From NCBI GenBank assembly GCA_028101095.1, contig JAOHKG010000002.1, forward strand, positions 7,916 to 71,915: a stretch of 64,000 bases of DNA, written 5' to 3'. Position numbers and translations under genes: made by a program. The notes under the pieces are model-generated. The model made no database searches. It was not told the DNA's origin and saw nothing but the letters and a program-made list of their open reading frames with translations. This DNA is from Fidelibacterota bacterium. Its GTDB lineage: Bacteria; Fidelibacterota; Marinisomatia; Marinisomatales; UBA1611. Positions 27,491-37,805 of this stretch are shown in pieces; within the stretch, counting starts at the first letter, position 1, and each line of letters begins with the position of its first letter.

Positions 27491-27520
27491 AAAAGGGGTT
27501 TCTTAAACCCCTTTTTTTTT
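27491..27520 (+). terminator. Rho-independent terminator
   Basis: GGGGTTT (27495-27501), loop CTT, AAACCCC (27505-27511), followed by a T9 run (27512-27520). Confidence 0.85.
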
Positions 27521-27534
27521 ATCGGAAATCTTAA

Positions 27535-28416
27535 ATGAAAGACATAACATTACTTGTAATGGCCGCTGGAATGGGCTCTAGATATGGTGGCCTCAAGCAG
27601 TTAGAATCAATTGGACCAAACCAAGAAACTATAATTGATTATTCAATATTTGATGCTATCCGCGCTGGGTTCACCAAGGTTGTTTTCATTATAAGAAAAG
27701 ACTTTGAGATGGTTTTCAAAGAAAAAATAAGCAATAAATTTTCAGGAAAAATAAAAGTTGAATATGCTTTTCAAGATATAAATTTTCTACCAGAAGGCTA
27801 TTCTTGCCCTGAAAATAGAGAAAAACCATGGGGCACTGCTCATGCAATCCTTTCTGCGCAAAATCTTATCAATGAGCCATTTGTTGTTATCAATGGTGAT
27901 GATTTTTACGGAATGAATACCTTTAAAGTTGTTGCTGATTATTATAATAATGGATCGGATGGCTTCTCAATGGTCTCGTTTCAATTGGGAAATACATTAT
28001 CTTCAAACGGTTCTGTTAGTAGAGGCATTTGCAATATAATTAATGATAAATTAGAAACAGTAGTTGAAACTCACGGACTTAAAAGAAGCAATAATCAAAT
28101 TATTGGAGATAACCAAATAATAGTAGGCGATGCAGCTCCTGTATCGATGAACGTGTGGGGGTTTACTCCTAGGCTATTCAAATATCTTAATGTAATGTTT
28201 GTTGATTTTCTTGAAAGAGAAGGTACTCAATTAAAAAGCGAATACCTGATTCCAACCGTTGTTAATAATCTGATTCAATCTAAAAAAGAGGATGTTTTTG
28301 TTCTTAATAGTGATGAAGCGTGGTTTGGTGTTACCTACCAAGAAGATCGTGATTTTGTAATGAATGAAATTCTTAAGTTGATTAAAAATAATAGGTATCC
28401 TCAAAAAATATTTTAA
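27535..28416 (+). CDS. Sugar-phosphate nucleotidyltransferase family protein
   Basis: N-terminal LVMAAGMGSRYGGLKQLE (GxGxR NTP-transferase signature). Confidence 0.7.
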   Translation: MKDITLLVMAAGMGSRYGGLKQLESIGPNQETIIDYSIFDAIRAGFTKVVFIIRKDFEMVFKEKISNKFSGKIKVEYAFQDINFLPEGYSCPENREKPWGTAHAILSAQNLINEPFVVINGDDFYGMNTFKVVADYYNNGSDGFSMVSFQLGNTLSSNGSVSRGICNIINDKLETVVETHGLKRSNNQIIGDNQIIVGDAAPVSMNVWGFTPRLFKYLNVMFVDFLEREGTQLKSEYLIPTVVNNLIQSKKEDVFVLNSDEAWFGVTYQEDRDFVMNEILKLIKNNRYPQKIF

Positions 28417-28448
28417 CCTAATAAATTAATCATAATAGGTCGGTTTTT

Positions 28449-29276
28449 ATGAATATATCTGTTGTAATACCTTCTTTTAATAGAAAAAATACTCTCTCTA
28501 GGTCTATTGATTCAGTTCTCAAGCAAACCTATAAACCCTCCGAAATTATTCTAGTAGATGACGGGTCAACAGATGGTACAAGAGGTTTTATTCTCAGTTC
28601 GTATCCTAACATAAAATATTTCTTTCAACCAAAAAAAGGTGTTAGCTCTGCTAGAAACAAAGGAATCTTAGAATCATCCTCTGAATGGATTGCTTTTCTA
28701 GACTCAGATGATGAATGGATGCCCCAAAAGCTAGAAAAACAAAAAAAACAATTAGAAAAACATTCGGGAATATTTATTTCACATACCAACGAAATTTGGA
28801 TAAGAAACGGAGTACGAGTAAACCAAATGAAAAAGCATCAGAAATATGGTGGTTATATCTTTGATAAATGTCTTGACATTTGCAGGATGTCTCCTTCATC
28901 AGTTCTAATTCATAAAAGAGTGATAAGTGATATTGGTGTTTTTGATGAAACGCTTCAGGTCTGTGAAGACTATGATCTATGGCTAAGAATAACCTCTAAA
29001 TATTCTGTCCTTTTTGAAAAAGAACTTTTGATAATCAAATATGGAGGGCACAAAGACCAATTATCAAAAGTAAAAGAAGGAATTGAGCAATTTAGAATCC
29101 AATCTTTAGAAAAAATATTAACAACAAACTATTTAACGAAAGATCAATTTACAACTACAAAGAACATGCTAATTAGGAAGCTCTCCATATATTCAAAAGG
29201 TCTTGAAAAACGGAATAAATTTGATGAATTAGCATTGGTTAAAAAAAAGATTCTAAATTGGACTATTACCCAATAA
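28449..29276 (+). CDS. Family 2 glycosyltransferase
   Basis: SVVIPSFNR, VDDGSTDGT and a LDSDDEW DXD motif. Confidence 0.85.
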   Translation: MNISVVIPSFNRKNTLSRSIDSVLKQTYKPSEIILVDDGSTDGTRGFILSSYPNIKYFFQPKKGVSSARNKGILESSSEWIAFLDSDDEWMPQKLEKQKKQLEKHSGIFISHTNEIWIRNGVRVNQMKKHQKYGGYIFDKCLDICRMSPSSVLIHKRVISDIGVFDETLQVCEDYDLWLRITSKYSVLFEKELLIIKYGGHKDQLSKVKEGIEQFRIQSLEKILTTNYLTKDQFTTTKNMLIRKLSIYSKGLEKRNKFDELALVKKKILNWTITQ

Positions 29277-29384
29277 ATAAATTAGATTATAGATCCACTA
29301 TTTAAATAATAGTAGTGTGTTAGGACTTAATTGATCCTAGTTTTTTAAAAAAATATAAAAGTATAAACTATTTTTGGAGAGTAC

Positions 29385-32300
29385 ATGAAATCTATTATTA
29401 AAGCAATTAGCTGCGCTTTTTTAATTGTTCAATTGTTACCTGCTGCAGAATGGATATCGCTGGGTTCGGATAAACCAGTAGAACCTAGTTGGGTTGTCGA
29501 TAAATTGTCGGAAGACCTATTAAAAGTTTCTTTTAGTTTAGATGGTTACCATTTAGAAAATTTAAAAAATGGTAAAAATAAAATTTCATTCCCAAATAGT
29601 GTTTCAGATCTTAAGGCTGGAGCACCAGATCTTCCTCTGAATGCAAAATCAATTATTATACCAAACTTAACAAATATCAGTTTTTCAATTACAGAATCGG
29701 AATATATTGAAGTTGAGATAGATAATATTGTACCATCTAAAGGTAATCTTACCAGAAATATAGACCCTAACTCAATACCTATTTCCTACGGTAAAGAATA
29801 TGAGACAGACAATTGGTATCCGCAAGACATAGTCTTTATGAGAGAACCTTATATTATGAGGTCGGTAAGAGGACAAGCCATAGTGATGAAGCCTGTTCAA
29901 TATAACCCCATCAAAAAAATAGCTAGGATTTATACAAATATTACTATTTTATTAGAACCTAATAATGAAAGACCCGTTGACCCGCTCACGGATATTCCTG
30001 AAAAAGTTGCATCACGTGAATTTGAAGAAATGTACAAGAGGCATTTCATAAACTATGATGTAATGGAAAGATATGTGACTTTAAATGAACAGGGATCAAT
30101 GTTAGTTATAAGCCACGGTGATTTTATCGAAGAGATGGAAACATTTGTTAATTGGAAAAACTTTAAAGGTATCCAAACAGAATTAGTTGATGTTGCAGAA
30201 ATTGGAGATGTAGATCAGATTGCTCAATTTATTTCAGACCATTATTATGAAAATGGTACCGCTTTTGTCCTTCTAGTTGGAGACATTAACCAAATTGAAT
30301 CAATACGAAGATCGGAGGGAGCAGGGTCGAATAGTCCATCAGATAACACCTTCTCTTTTGTTGCTGGTAATGATTATTATCCTGACTTGATGATTGGTCG
30401 TTTTTCCGGAGAAACTCCAGCACATATTCAAACAATGGTAGATAGGACGATATCTTATGAAATGAATCCAGATCCAAATGCAAACTGGTATAAAAAAGGA
30501 AGTGGTTTTGCCTCGAATCAAGGGCCTGGTGATGATAATGAAAGTGATTTAGAGCATCTTAATAATATCAGAGATCTCTTATTGGATTATACATATGTTG
30601 AAATAGATCAAGTCTATGATCCGAGTGGTACAGTAGCAGATGGAGAACTTGCAATTAATGAGGGACGATCTATTATTAACTACACAGGTCATGGATCTAA
30701 TAGCTCGTGGGGTAATGGTTGCCCTATGAACAACACAAACGTTGATGGCCTAAATAATACTGGTAAATGGCCTTTTATTTGGTCAGTTGCATGTGTTAAT
30801 GGAGAGTTTCACTTGGGTACATGTTTTGCTGAAACGTGGTTACGTGCAACAGATTCAGACGGAAACCCGACAGGAGCAATTGCCACGTTAATGTCAACTG
30901 TCAATCAAGGATGGAATCCTCCGATGGAAGGGCAAGATGAAATGAATGCTATTTTCGTTGAATCTTACTCTGAAAATATCAAAAGAACATTTGGCGGAAT
31001 TTCTTTTAATGGAATGAATCAGATGAATGATAGTTATGGCTCTGCCGGCTATGATGAAACATTCTATTGGACTCTTTTTGGAGACCCTTCAGTTGTTTTA
31101 AGATCCGACATCCCAGAAGATTTAGAAGTCTCACATGATGAAGTCCTTTTGATAGGATCCTCTGAAATGAATGTTAATGTAAGCCAAAGTGGTGCTTTAG
31201 TTGCAGTATCTAATGATGGTCTTTTATTGGGCTCCGCATATACTAACGCCTCGGGTGATGTGAATATTTTATTTTCTAATAGCGTAGAAATCCCCGGTGA
31301 GCTTAGTATTCTTGTTACAGCGTATAATAAGATACCGTATGAATCTTCTGTGAATGTAATTGCGCCTGAGGGGGCATACATACTTGTGAATAACATAACC
31401 TTAACAAATTCAGAGCAAGAAGATCAATTATTTTTTGGTGAAACCGCACTTATTTATGCAACTATTCAAAACGTAGGGCAGGATACATCATCTGATTTAA
31501 ATATTATTTTGGGTCATGAGAATGGGATGGTTAATATTGTTAATAGTGAAATTTATAATACAAGTATACCCCCGGAGTCAGAGGTGGTTATTGGACCTTA
31601 CGAAGTCGAAGTTAATTGGAACTTAGAAAATGGCACCCAAGTAGACTTGGTTTTATCTGTTCAAGATGAATCTCAAACTTGGGAATATGAAACAGAGATG
31701 TTTGTTGCTGCACCTGTTTTTCAGACTCAAATGGTAAATATTATAGATAATGCGAATGGTGTTTTTGACCCAGGTGAAACGGTTACTTTAGAGCTGTCTT
31801 TAGAAAATATTGGTGGAGCACCCCTTCTAAACCCAACTTTCAATATATCAACATCTGATCCGTTTTTATCCTTAGGAGACCCTGTTTTCGACAATACATT
31901 GATATGGAATAATATTGATGGTGATAATAACATTGTTAATTTAACTATCGAAATTTTTGCTTCTTCGGATGCTCCATTAGGTCATACTTCAATTGCTGGT
32001 CTTATAATTGGATCTGTTGATAGCAATTATGAACATGTTTATCCTCTACCAATTACCTTGGGGTTGATGGTAGAAGATTTTGAAACTGCCAATTTTATGA
32101 CTTATTCTTGGATGCACTCGGGTGACTCTGATTGGGTTATCCACACGGACTCTTATTCAGGTAGTTTCTCTGCTATGTCTGGTGATGTTGGGCATAATCA
32201 AAGTTCACAATTATCTATTGACATGAATATTATTTTTGGAGGAGAGTTAACATTTTGGTCTAAAATTTCTTCTGAGCAAGAGGGTAACTCCAATGATTAT

Positions 32301-32684
32301 TTAGAATTTTTTATTGATGATCAGCCTCAAAACTTGTTAATTAGTGGAGAATCTGATTGGGCGGAATATAGTATTGATCTACCGATAGGAGAGCACTCTT
32401 TAAGCTGGGAATATACTAAAAATGATGCAACAACCTCTGGCCAAGATTGTGCTTGGATTGATAAAATACAATTTCCTCCAGGAGCTATTCCTCCTCTAAA
32501 CATTAGCTTTGGAGATGTGAACAATGATGATGTTGTTAATGTCCTAGATGTTATCGTTACCGTTAACTATTTGATTGGTTATCTTCAATTTGATCAGCAG
32601 CAAATACAAAATGCAGACATGAACCTTGATGGAGCAGTATCTATAAATGATATTTTAATGATAGTCGAAAGCGCTCTACAGTAA
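29385..32684 (+). CDS. Peptidase C25 (gingipain-like) with a C-terminal dockerin-like repeat pair
   Basis: 1099 aa with a signal peptide. Catalytic His NYTGHGSNSSWG and Cys WSVACVNGEF. CARDB/Ig-like segments. C-terminal GDVNNDDVVNVLDVIVTVNYLIG and ADMNLDGAVSINDILMIV. Confidence 0.8.
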   Translation: MKSIIKAISCAFLIVQLLPAAEWISLGSDKPVEPSWVVDKLSEDLLKVSFSLDGYHLENLKNGKNKISFPNSVSDLKAGAPDLPLNAKSIIIPNLTNISFSITESEYIEVEIDNIVPSKGNLTRNIDPNSIPISYGKEYETDNWYPQDIVFMREPYIMRSVRGQAIVMKPVQYNPIKKIARIYTNITILLEPNNERPVDPLTDIPEKVASREFEEMYKRHFINYDVMERYVTLNEQGSMLVISHGDFIEEMETFVNWKNFKGIQTELVDVAEIGDVDQIAQFISDHYYENGTAFVLLVGDINQIESIRRSEGAGSNSPSDNTFSFVAGNDYYPDLMIGRFSGETPAHIQTMVDRTISYEMNPDPNANWYKKGSGFASNQGPGDDNESDLEHLNNIRDLLLDYTYVEIDQVYDPSGTVADGELAINEGRSIINYTGHGSNSSWGNGCPMNNTNVDGLNNTGKWPFIWSVACVNGEFHLGTCFAETWLRATDSDGNPTGAIATLMSTVNQGWNPPMEGQDEMNAIFVESYSENIKRTFGGISFNGMNQMNDSYGSAGYDETFYWTLFGDPSVVLRSDIPEDLEVSHDEVLLIGSSEMNVNVSQSGALVAVSNDGLLLGSAYTNASGDVNILFSNSVEIPGELSILVTAYNKIPYESSVNVIAPEGAYILVNNITLTNSEQEDQLFFGETALIYATIQNVGQDTSSDLNIILGHENGMVNIVNSEIYNTSIPPESEVVIGPYEVEVNWNLENGTQVDLVLSVQDESQTWEYETEMFVAAPVFQTQMVNIIDNANGVFDPGETVTLELSLENIGGAPLLNPTFNISTSDPFLSLGDPVFDNTLIWNNIDGDNNIVNLTIEIFASSDAPLGHTSIAGLIIGSVDSNYEHVYPLPITLGLMVEDFETANFMTYSWMHSGDSDWVIHTDSYSGSFSAMSGDVGHNQSSQLSIDMNIIFGGELTFWSKISSEQEGNSNDYLEFFIDDQPQNLLISGESDWAEYSIDLPIGEHSLSWEYTKNDATTSGQDCAWIDKIQFPPGAIPPLNISFGDVNNDDVVNVLDVIVTVNYLIGYLQFDQQQIQNADMNLDGAVSINDILMIVESALQ

Positions 32685-32742
32685 TAAAGAATTTTATCAA
32701 TCCACCTTATCTTCTTTTAACTTAATTCTACAACTTTTTATT

Positions 32743-33417
32743 TTGAGTGACACCTTAACTACGACCTCAATTTTTATATTGGGTTGCCTACATGCCCTTG
32801 AACCAGGTCATGGTAAAACTTTTTTATTAGCCTATACTGTAGGAGGGAAGCTTGATTTTAATAAGATATTACTCCTAACACTTAGTTTATTAGTCTCTCA
32901 CTTTGTGGTTCTGAGTACAATTTCTTTAATTTTTAATATTCTATTAAGTGAGTTTAAGAATGAGTTCATTTATGAGTTCGCTCATTTAATTGGACCAGTA
33001 ATTATTATTCTTTTTGGCTCCTTTATTTTAGGGAAAGCCATCTATAAAAAGAATCACAATCATTCCGATGATTGTGGTCATCAGCATGGAAAAATTCCTA
33101 AGTCTACAATGGAGAGCCCAGTTGCGGTTGGCTTACTAACAGGTATGCTTCCTTGTGCTTCTTCGCTTGCCGTTGTAATGATGACAGGTATGAACGCTTC
33201 TTATGTGTCCATAATAAGCTTTATTTTTATTTATGTTTTAGGTATTGCGCTAGTTTTATTTATTGTGGTAATTGCTTTTAATTTCACAAAAAATATTTTT
33301 GCGCAAAGATTTGGATATTATTCTCAGCGTTTTAACCCAGAAATAGTAAGTGGTATTTTAATCGTACTAGTTGGTTTTATTTATTTAAGCTACAATTGGT
33401 TTGGACATGCGCATTAG
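32743..33417 (+). CDS. NicO/RcnA-type nickel-cobalt transporter family membrane protein
   Basis: TTG start. LHALEPGHGKT signature, His-rich loop HNHSDDCGHQHGK, multiple TM. Confidence 0.6.
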   Translation: MSDTLTTTSIFILGCLHALEPGHGKTFLLAYTVGGKLDFNKILLLTLSLLVSHFVVLSTISLIFNILLSEFKNEFIYEFAHLIGPVIIILFGSFILGKAIYKKNHNHSDDCGHQHGKIPKSTMESPVAVGLLTGMLPCASSLAVVMMTGMNASYVSIISFIFIYVLGIALVLFIVVIAFNFTKNIFAQRFGYYSQRFNPEIVSGILIVLVGFIYLSYNWFGHAH

Positions 33418-33423
33418 GTTTTA

Positions 33424-35820
33424 ATGGTGTTTTTCAAGTTTAATGCTTCTAAGGGCTTATTAAGTTTATTAATATGTTCCAATTTTTTATTTCCGAATCA
33501 GAAATATAAACCAATCAATAGTTCTTCTCTTAGGAGCAAAGCGATCATAGCTAACAGAATAATTAAGGCTCCAATTATTGATGGTATTTCAGAAACAGAG
33601 ATATGGGGCTCATTAAAAGAAACAACAGATTTTTATCAAATTAACCCAAATGAGCTCTCGGAACCTTCAGAGCGCACTTCGGCTAAGGTTGGTTACACAG
33701 ATAAAGCTCTATATATTTTATTGAAATCCTATGATCTTAAACCACAAAAAATAAAAAAAACTTTAGTTCGCAGAGATAGTTGGGTTGATGGGTTTCAAGA
33801 TAATTCTGATTGGGTTGGTGTTACAATTGATTCTCGGAATGATGACTATAATGGTTATTTTTTTGGAGTAAATGCATCTGGGGCAAAAATAGATGTAGCT
33901 TTATCAGGGGATGATGAATACGATACCACTTGGGATGTTGTTTGGAACGTTGCGGTCTCCATTAATGAAGATAGTTGGACCGCTGAATTTGAATTACCAT
34001 TTTCAATCTTTCAATACGGGAATTCAGATGATATGGAATGGGGTATAGAGTTTTTAAGAGGTCTCCATAGACTGCAAGAGACTATAAGTTGGCCTGGTAA
34101 GCCCAAAGTAGTAAGAGGTATAATACTTCCTTTAGGCCGTCTATTAGGACTAAATGGAATTTCCAATCAAAATCAATTAGAGCTCATGCCATATACTTTA
34201 GTTGGTATGAGTAATAAAACAAAATTTAATTTAGGTTTAGACGCACGATATAGTTTGACAACAAACTCTGTTTTAAAAGCAACGATAAACCCTGACTTTG
34301 GTCAAGTTGAAGCAGACCCCTCAGTTGTTAATTTGACTGCTTTTGAAACATTTTATGAAGAGAAGCGTCCATTTTTTTCAGAGGGTTCAGATTTTTTTAG
34401 TCAACGCATTAATTTATTTAATTCGAGGCGTATTGGAAAAACTCCAAATTTTGATGTTCCAGAAGAAGGTGATCTGAAGGATGTACCAGACTTTACAACA
34501 ATTTTAGGTGCGTCAAAGATAATGGGTACTTTTAATTCAGGTATTAATTATGGCGTTATTGGTGCTATAACATCAGAAGAAAAAGCTCTCTTAGTTGATT
34601 CAACAACTGAAAGAGAGCATTTAGTTGAGCCTGAAGCATACCATTCAATTGGTAGAATAGAATTCCCAATTTTTAATAATATATCGAGATTTGGTATAAT
34701 GGGAACGAATGTGTCCCGGAAAGATACTAGCGGTGCAACTGTCATAAGTGGAGATTGGGATCTTGGGTTTTTTGAAAATAAATTATTTTCAAATGGTCAG
34801 ATAGTCAAAACAAAATCAAATGATATTTTAGGTAATGCACTCAGGTTTAATGTGGGTTATTTAAATCCTGTCTGGTGGAGCTTTCGCTTTTGGTATGGAG
34901 ATCTAGATGATTCGTTTGAAATAAATGATTTAGGTTACTCAAGAAGGAATAATATTTCTTGGACTGGTATAATGGTAGATTTTCGGAATCAAGTTACTCG
35001 CGGAATTTTTATAAATAATAATATAAAATTTATTTATAATACTGCCAAGAATGGTCAGGGTATTAATCTAGAAAGGGAGTTAGAAGTAAAACAAAATAAT
35101 CTATTAAAAAATTATTGGAAAATCAGTTTTGGCGCAGGAATAGATCTAAAAGCATATAATGATAATGACCTCTATATAGATGAAGATGCTTGGACTTATG
35201 AAGCAGAAGAGATGAGACGTCTTGGATTTAATTTGCAAACAGATCGTAGAAAAAGTGTAGTTTTGAGTTATGGAGGTGGCATTGGATATGGGAAGAATCG
35301 AGGATTTGGTTATAGAAAAGAAATGGGACTGGTCATAAAACCTTTTGAATCTTTAAATATAGAAACAGAACTCATAGAGGATTTTAGCCCAAGTGCTATG
35401 CAATATGTTGATGTGATAAAGAGTGAGATTGACACCGCAAGAGTCTATGCGGAATCGAATCTTTTAACTCGAGATGTTGCATTGCGTCTAAATTGGACAT
35501 TTAGCCCAGAGATGACATTAGAGTGCTATGTTCAGCCATTTTATGCTGAGATGAATTATGAGCAGTTTTCACGTTTAACAAGTCCTCAGAGTTCGGACTT
35601 AGAAGACTATCCGTATCTAGAAGACAATGATAATCCAAATTTTAAATATTCAAACACAATTGGAACTTTTGTTTTCAGATGGGAATATAGATCTGGAAGT
35701 ACTATTTATGTAGTCTATAATCTCAATCAAGAAAATTCTTACTCTTTTACGGATAGAAAATGGTCTTTATCAAATAAGAATGCTATTTACTTTAAATTAA
35801 ACTACTGGTTTAAATACTAA
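33424..35820 (+). CDS. DUF5916 / CBM9-like domain outer-membrane-associated protein
   Basis: 798 aa. N-terminal IIDGISETEIW-type CBM9-like start, beta-rich sequence, aromatic C-terminus LNYWFKY. Confidence 0.45.
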   Translation: MVFFKFNASKGLLSLLICSNFLFPNQKYKPINSSSLRSKAIIANRIIKAPIIDGISETEIWGSLKETTDFYQINPNELSEPSERTSAKVGYTDKALYILLKSYDLKPQKIKKTLVRRDSWVDGFQDNSDWVGVTIDSRNDDYNGYFFGVNASGAKIDVALSGDDEYDTTWDVVWNVAVSINEDSWTAEFELPFSIFQYGNSDDMEWGIEFLRGLHRLQETISWPGKPKVVRGIILPLGRLLGLNGISNQNQLELMPYTLVGMSNKTKFNLGLDARYSLTTNSVLKATINPDFGQVEADPSVVNLTAFETFYEEKRPFFSEGSDFFSQRINLFNSRRIGKTPNFDVPEEGDLKDVPDFTTILGASKIMGTFNSGINYGVIGAITSEEKALLVDSTTEREHLVEPEAYHSIGRIEFPIFNNISRFGIMGTNVSRKDTSGATVISGDWDLGFFENKLFSNGQIVKTKSNDILGNALRFNVGYLNPVWWSFRFWYGDLDDSFEINDLGYSRRNNISWTGIMVDFRNQVTRGIFINNNIKFIYNTAKNGQGINLERELEVKQNNLLKNYWKISFGAGIDLKAYNDNDLYIDEDAWTYEAEEMRRLGFNLQTDRRKSVVLSYGGGIGYGKNRGFGYRKEMGLVIKPFESLNIETELIEDFSPSAMQYVDVIKSEIDTARVYAESNLLTRDVALRLNWTFSPEMTLECYVQPFYAEMNYEQFSRLTSPQSSDLEDYPYLEDNDNPNFKYSNTIGTFVFRWEYRSGSTIYVVYNLNQENSYSFTDRKWSLSNKNAIYFKLNYWFKY

Positions 35821-35826
35821 AATAAA

Positions 35827-36540
35827 ATGTTAGTCGAAATCCTTAAAATAATAAAAGCACTTCCTAGCCAGCATTTAATATATGGTGTTATAAGCACTGT
35901 ATTATGCATTGCTGCTGCATGGGTTTATAGCAAAAGCTCAGAAAAATTAAAAAAAATTATTATTCAAGCTGTCTCATATCTTGTTATCTTTAATGAAGTT
36001 GCATTCCAAATAAATATGGTTTTTTATGGTATTTGGTCAATAAAGACATCTCTTCCCTTAGAAATGTGTTACATCTCAGCTCTATTGATACCGTTTTACA
36101 GTATGAATAATCAATCAAGGACTCTTAAAAATTGGTTCTTTTTTGCTGGTTTTTGTGGTTCTCTTTTTGCTTTTATAAACACCAATCTATCTGAGTTTGA
36201 GCAAATATACATATCTATTCACTACTTCTTTGCGCACGGGCTTGTGATTTTCATAGCTTTTAGCATTATAGTCGATGGCTATAGGCCAGTTTGGAAAGAC
36301 TATTATAACGTAATAAAAAGGACTACCTTATTAGTCTTAATAATTATAATCCTAAATATTTTATTAGGTAGTAATTATATGTTCACGTTTGAAAAACCTG
36401 AAGGTATAAATTTTACTTTACTAATGCCCGAGTGGCCTTATTATTTTTTAATCATGTTGTTAGTTGGGCTGACTTCATATACCGTGATGATGCTATTTAT
36501 GTTTTTACCTAAAACAAATAACGCTCATAACGATCATTAG
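35827..36540 (+). CDS. Multi-pass integral membrane protein (possibly TIGR02206/YwaF-like)
   Basis: 237 aa with about 7 hydrophobic segments. The family call is tentative. Confidence 0.45.
   Translation: MLVEILKIIKALPSQHLIYGVISTVLCIAAAWVYSKSSEKLKKIIIQAVSYLVIFNEVAFQINMVFYGIWSIKTSLPLEMCYISALLIPFYSMNNQSRTLKNWFFFAGFCGSLFAFINTNLSEFEQIYISIHYFFAHGLVIFIAFSIIVDGYRPVWKDYYNVIKRTTLLVLIIIILNILLGSNYMFTFEKPEGINFTLLMPEWPYYFLIMLLVGLTSYTVMMLFMFLPKTNNAHNDH
36520..36537 (+). promoter_or_regulatory. Tandem 9-bp direct repeat (site A) upstream of the lipid-modification operon
   Basis: AACGCTCAT AACGATCAT, followed by TTGCAT/TTGACA (-35-like, 36544-36554) and the ATG at 36578. Confidence 0.5.
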
Positions 36541-36577
36541 AGATTGCATTGACAATCTTAAATTAATAGATTAGAAC

Positions 36578-37096
36578 ATGAATATAAATAACATTATAAA
36601 TATAATCGGATTTCAATTATGCTGGTGGTCTTGTGTTTTATTCGCAAAAACAGATTACTATTATACTGGCCCTTTTTTTATGGCTTGCTTCATTTTTTTC
36701 CATCTATGGAAGGTATCGAAAAAGAATTTTGAGATCAAGTTAATATTAATTTTTTCAATATTAGGTACTGTCATTGATAGTCTTATTATGCAAACAAAAA
36801 TTTTAAGTTATGAAGGGTTATATTCATCGGCTTTACCGATTGCTCCACTTTGGATAACTGCCATGTGGTGCGGCTTTGCTGCGACAGTAAACCATTCAAT
36901 GTCATGGTTGGATAAAAAATGGTTTCTCTCGGTTATTCTTGGTGCCGTATTTGGACCGTTATCCTACATTACCGCTGCAAAATTTGAAGCTATTAGTTTA
37001 TCTTCAGACATTACAATAGTTGTCGTTGTACTTGCTGTGGTATGGGGTTTGAGTATGCCTTTAATATTCTGGGTAAATGGTAAAATAAAGATTTGA
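36578..37096 (+). CDS. DUF2878-like membrane protein
   Basis: 172 aa, 4-5 TM, NIIGFQLCWWSCVLF start. Position at the head of a CFA-synthase cluster. Confidence 0.5.
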   Translation: MNINNIINIIGFQLCWWSCVLFAKTDYYYTGPFFMACFIFFHLWKVSKKNFEIKLILIFSILGTVIDSLIMQTKILSYEGLYSSALPIAPLWITAMWCGFAATVNHSMSWLDKKWFLSVILGAVFGPLSYITAAKFEAISLSSDITIVVVVLAVVWGLSMPLIFWVNGKIKI

Positions 37097-37097
37097 A

Positions 37098-37805
37098 ATG
37101 AAGCTTATACTTTTAAATAAACTTACTATTTTTATTTGTTTTCATGTCACTTGTTTATATGGAGAAATATCAAGTAATAAGTCTTATAATTTATTTAGTT
37201 CATTATTAGACGAAAAAGAATGGGTCTTGGATGAAAATATTGAAGATATAACTATAAGTAAAAAAGCTTTAAATAGTAAAAATATTTTTGCACTTAAAGT
37301 TGAGAAAAAAAGTTTTATTCCAATTCACACTATTCAAGAAGTTTTGAAAGATATAAATAGATATGATGAGTTTTTATCTAACTCAAAAACTGTGAAGTCA
37401 CTTAGGCTAAATCATTCTGATAATTGGGTTGACGCTTATCAATATATTTCAAGTAACATACCGTTTTTAAGTGACCGGAAATATTGTTTTAGAATATCAT
37501 CAGAACAAATCAATAAGGATGACTCGTTATCAATTGTACACTGGTTTCTCTTGGATCAAAATGAGTGTGATATTGTAGGTGAAATGTATGAAAATAATGC
37601 AATTTATCTTCATTTTGGAGCTGGATTATGGTTGGCCGAAAAACAAAGCGACGGTTCATCTATCATATCATATATTATTTATATCGACCCTGGAGGAGCT
37701 ATCCCAACTTTTGTAATTGACAAAGCAAATAGGATAAGCGTAACAACTATTTTAGAAGATGTTCTAACAGAAGCATCCAGACGAATTAAAAAAAGAGGTA
37801 AGTAA
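37098..37805 (+). CDS. START-domain lipid-binding protein (SRPBCC superfamily)
   Basis: 235 aa with a signal-like N-terminus. IQEVLKDINRYDEFL and IPFLSDRKYCFRI resemble START motifs. Confidence 0.55.
   Translation: MKLILLNKLTIFICFHVTCLYGEISSNKSYNLFSSLLDEKEWVLDENIEDITISKKALNSKNIFALKVEKKSFIPIHTIQEVLKDINRYDEFLSNSKTVKSLRLNHSDNWVDAYQYISSNIPFLSDRKYCFRISSEQINKDDSLSIVHWFLLDQNECDIVGEMYENNAIYLHFGAGLWLAEKQSDGSSIISYIIYIDPGGAIPTFVIDKANRISVTTILEDVLTEASRRIKKRGK

Noticed and set aside
29321-29346. Weak hairpin TAGGA-N9-TCCTA followed by T6 after the GT2 gene.
   Set aside because: The 5-bp stem is too weak to call a terminator with confidence.
32500-32684. Dockerin-like tail as evidence for a cellulosome.
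   Set aside because: No cohesin, scaffoldin or glycoside hydrolase is present in the window. Dockerin-like EF-hand pairs occur widely outside cellulosomes.
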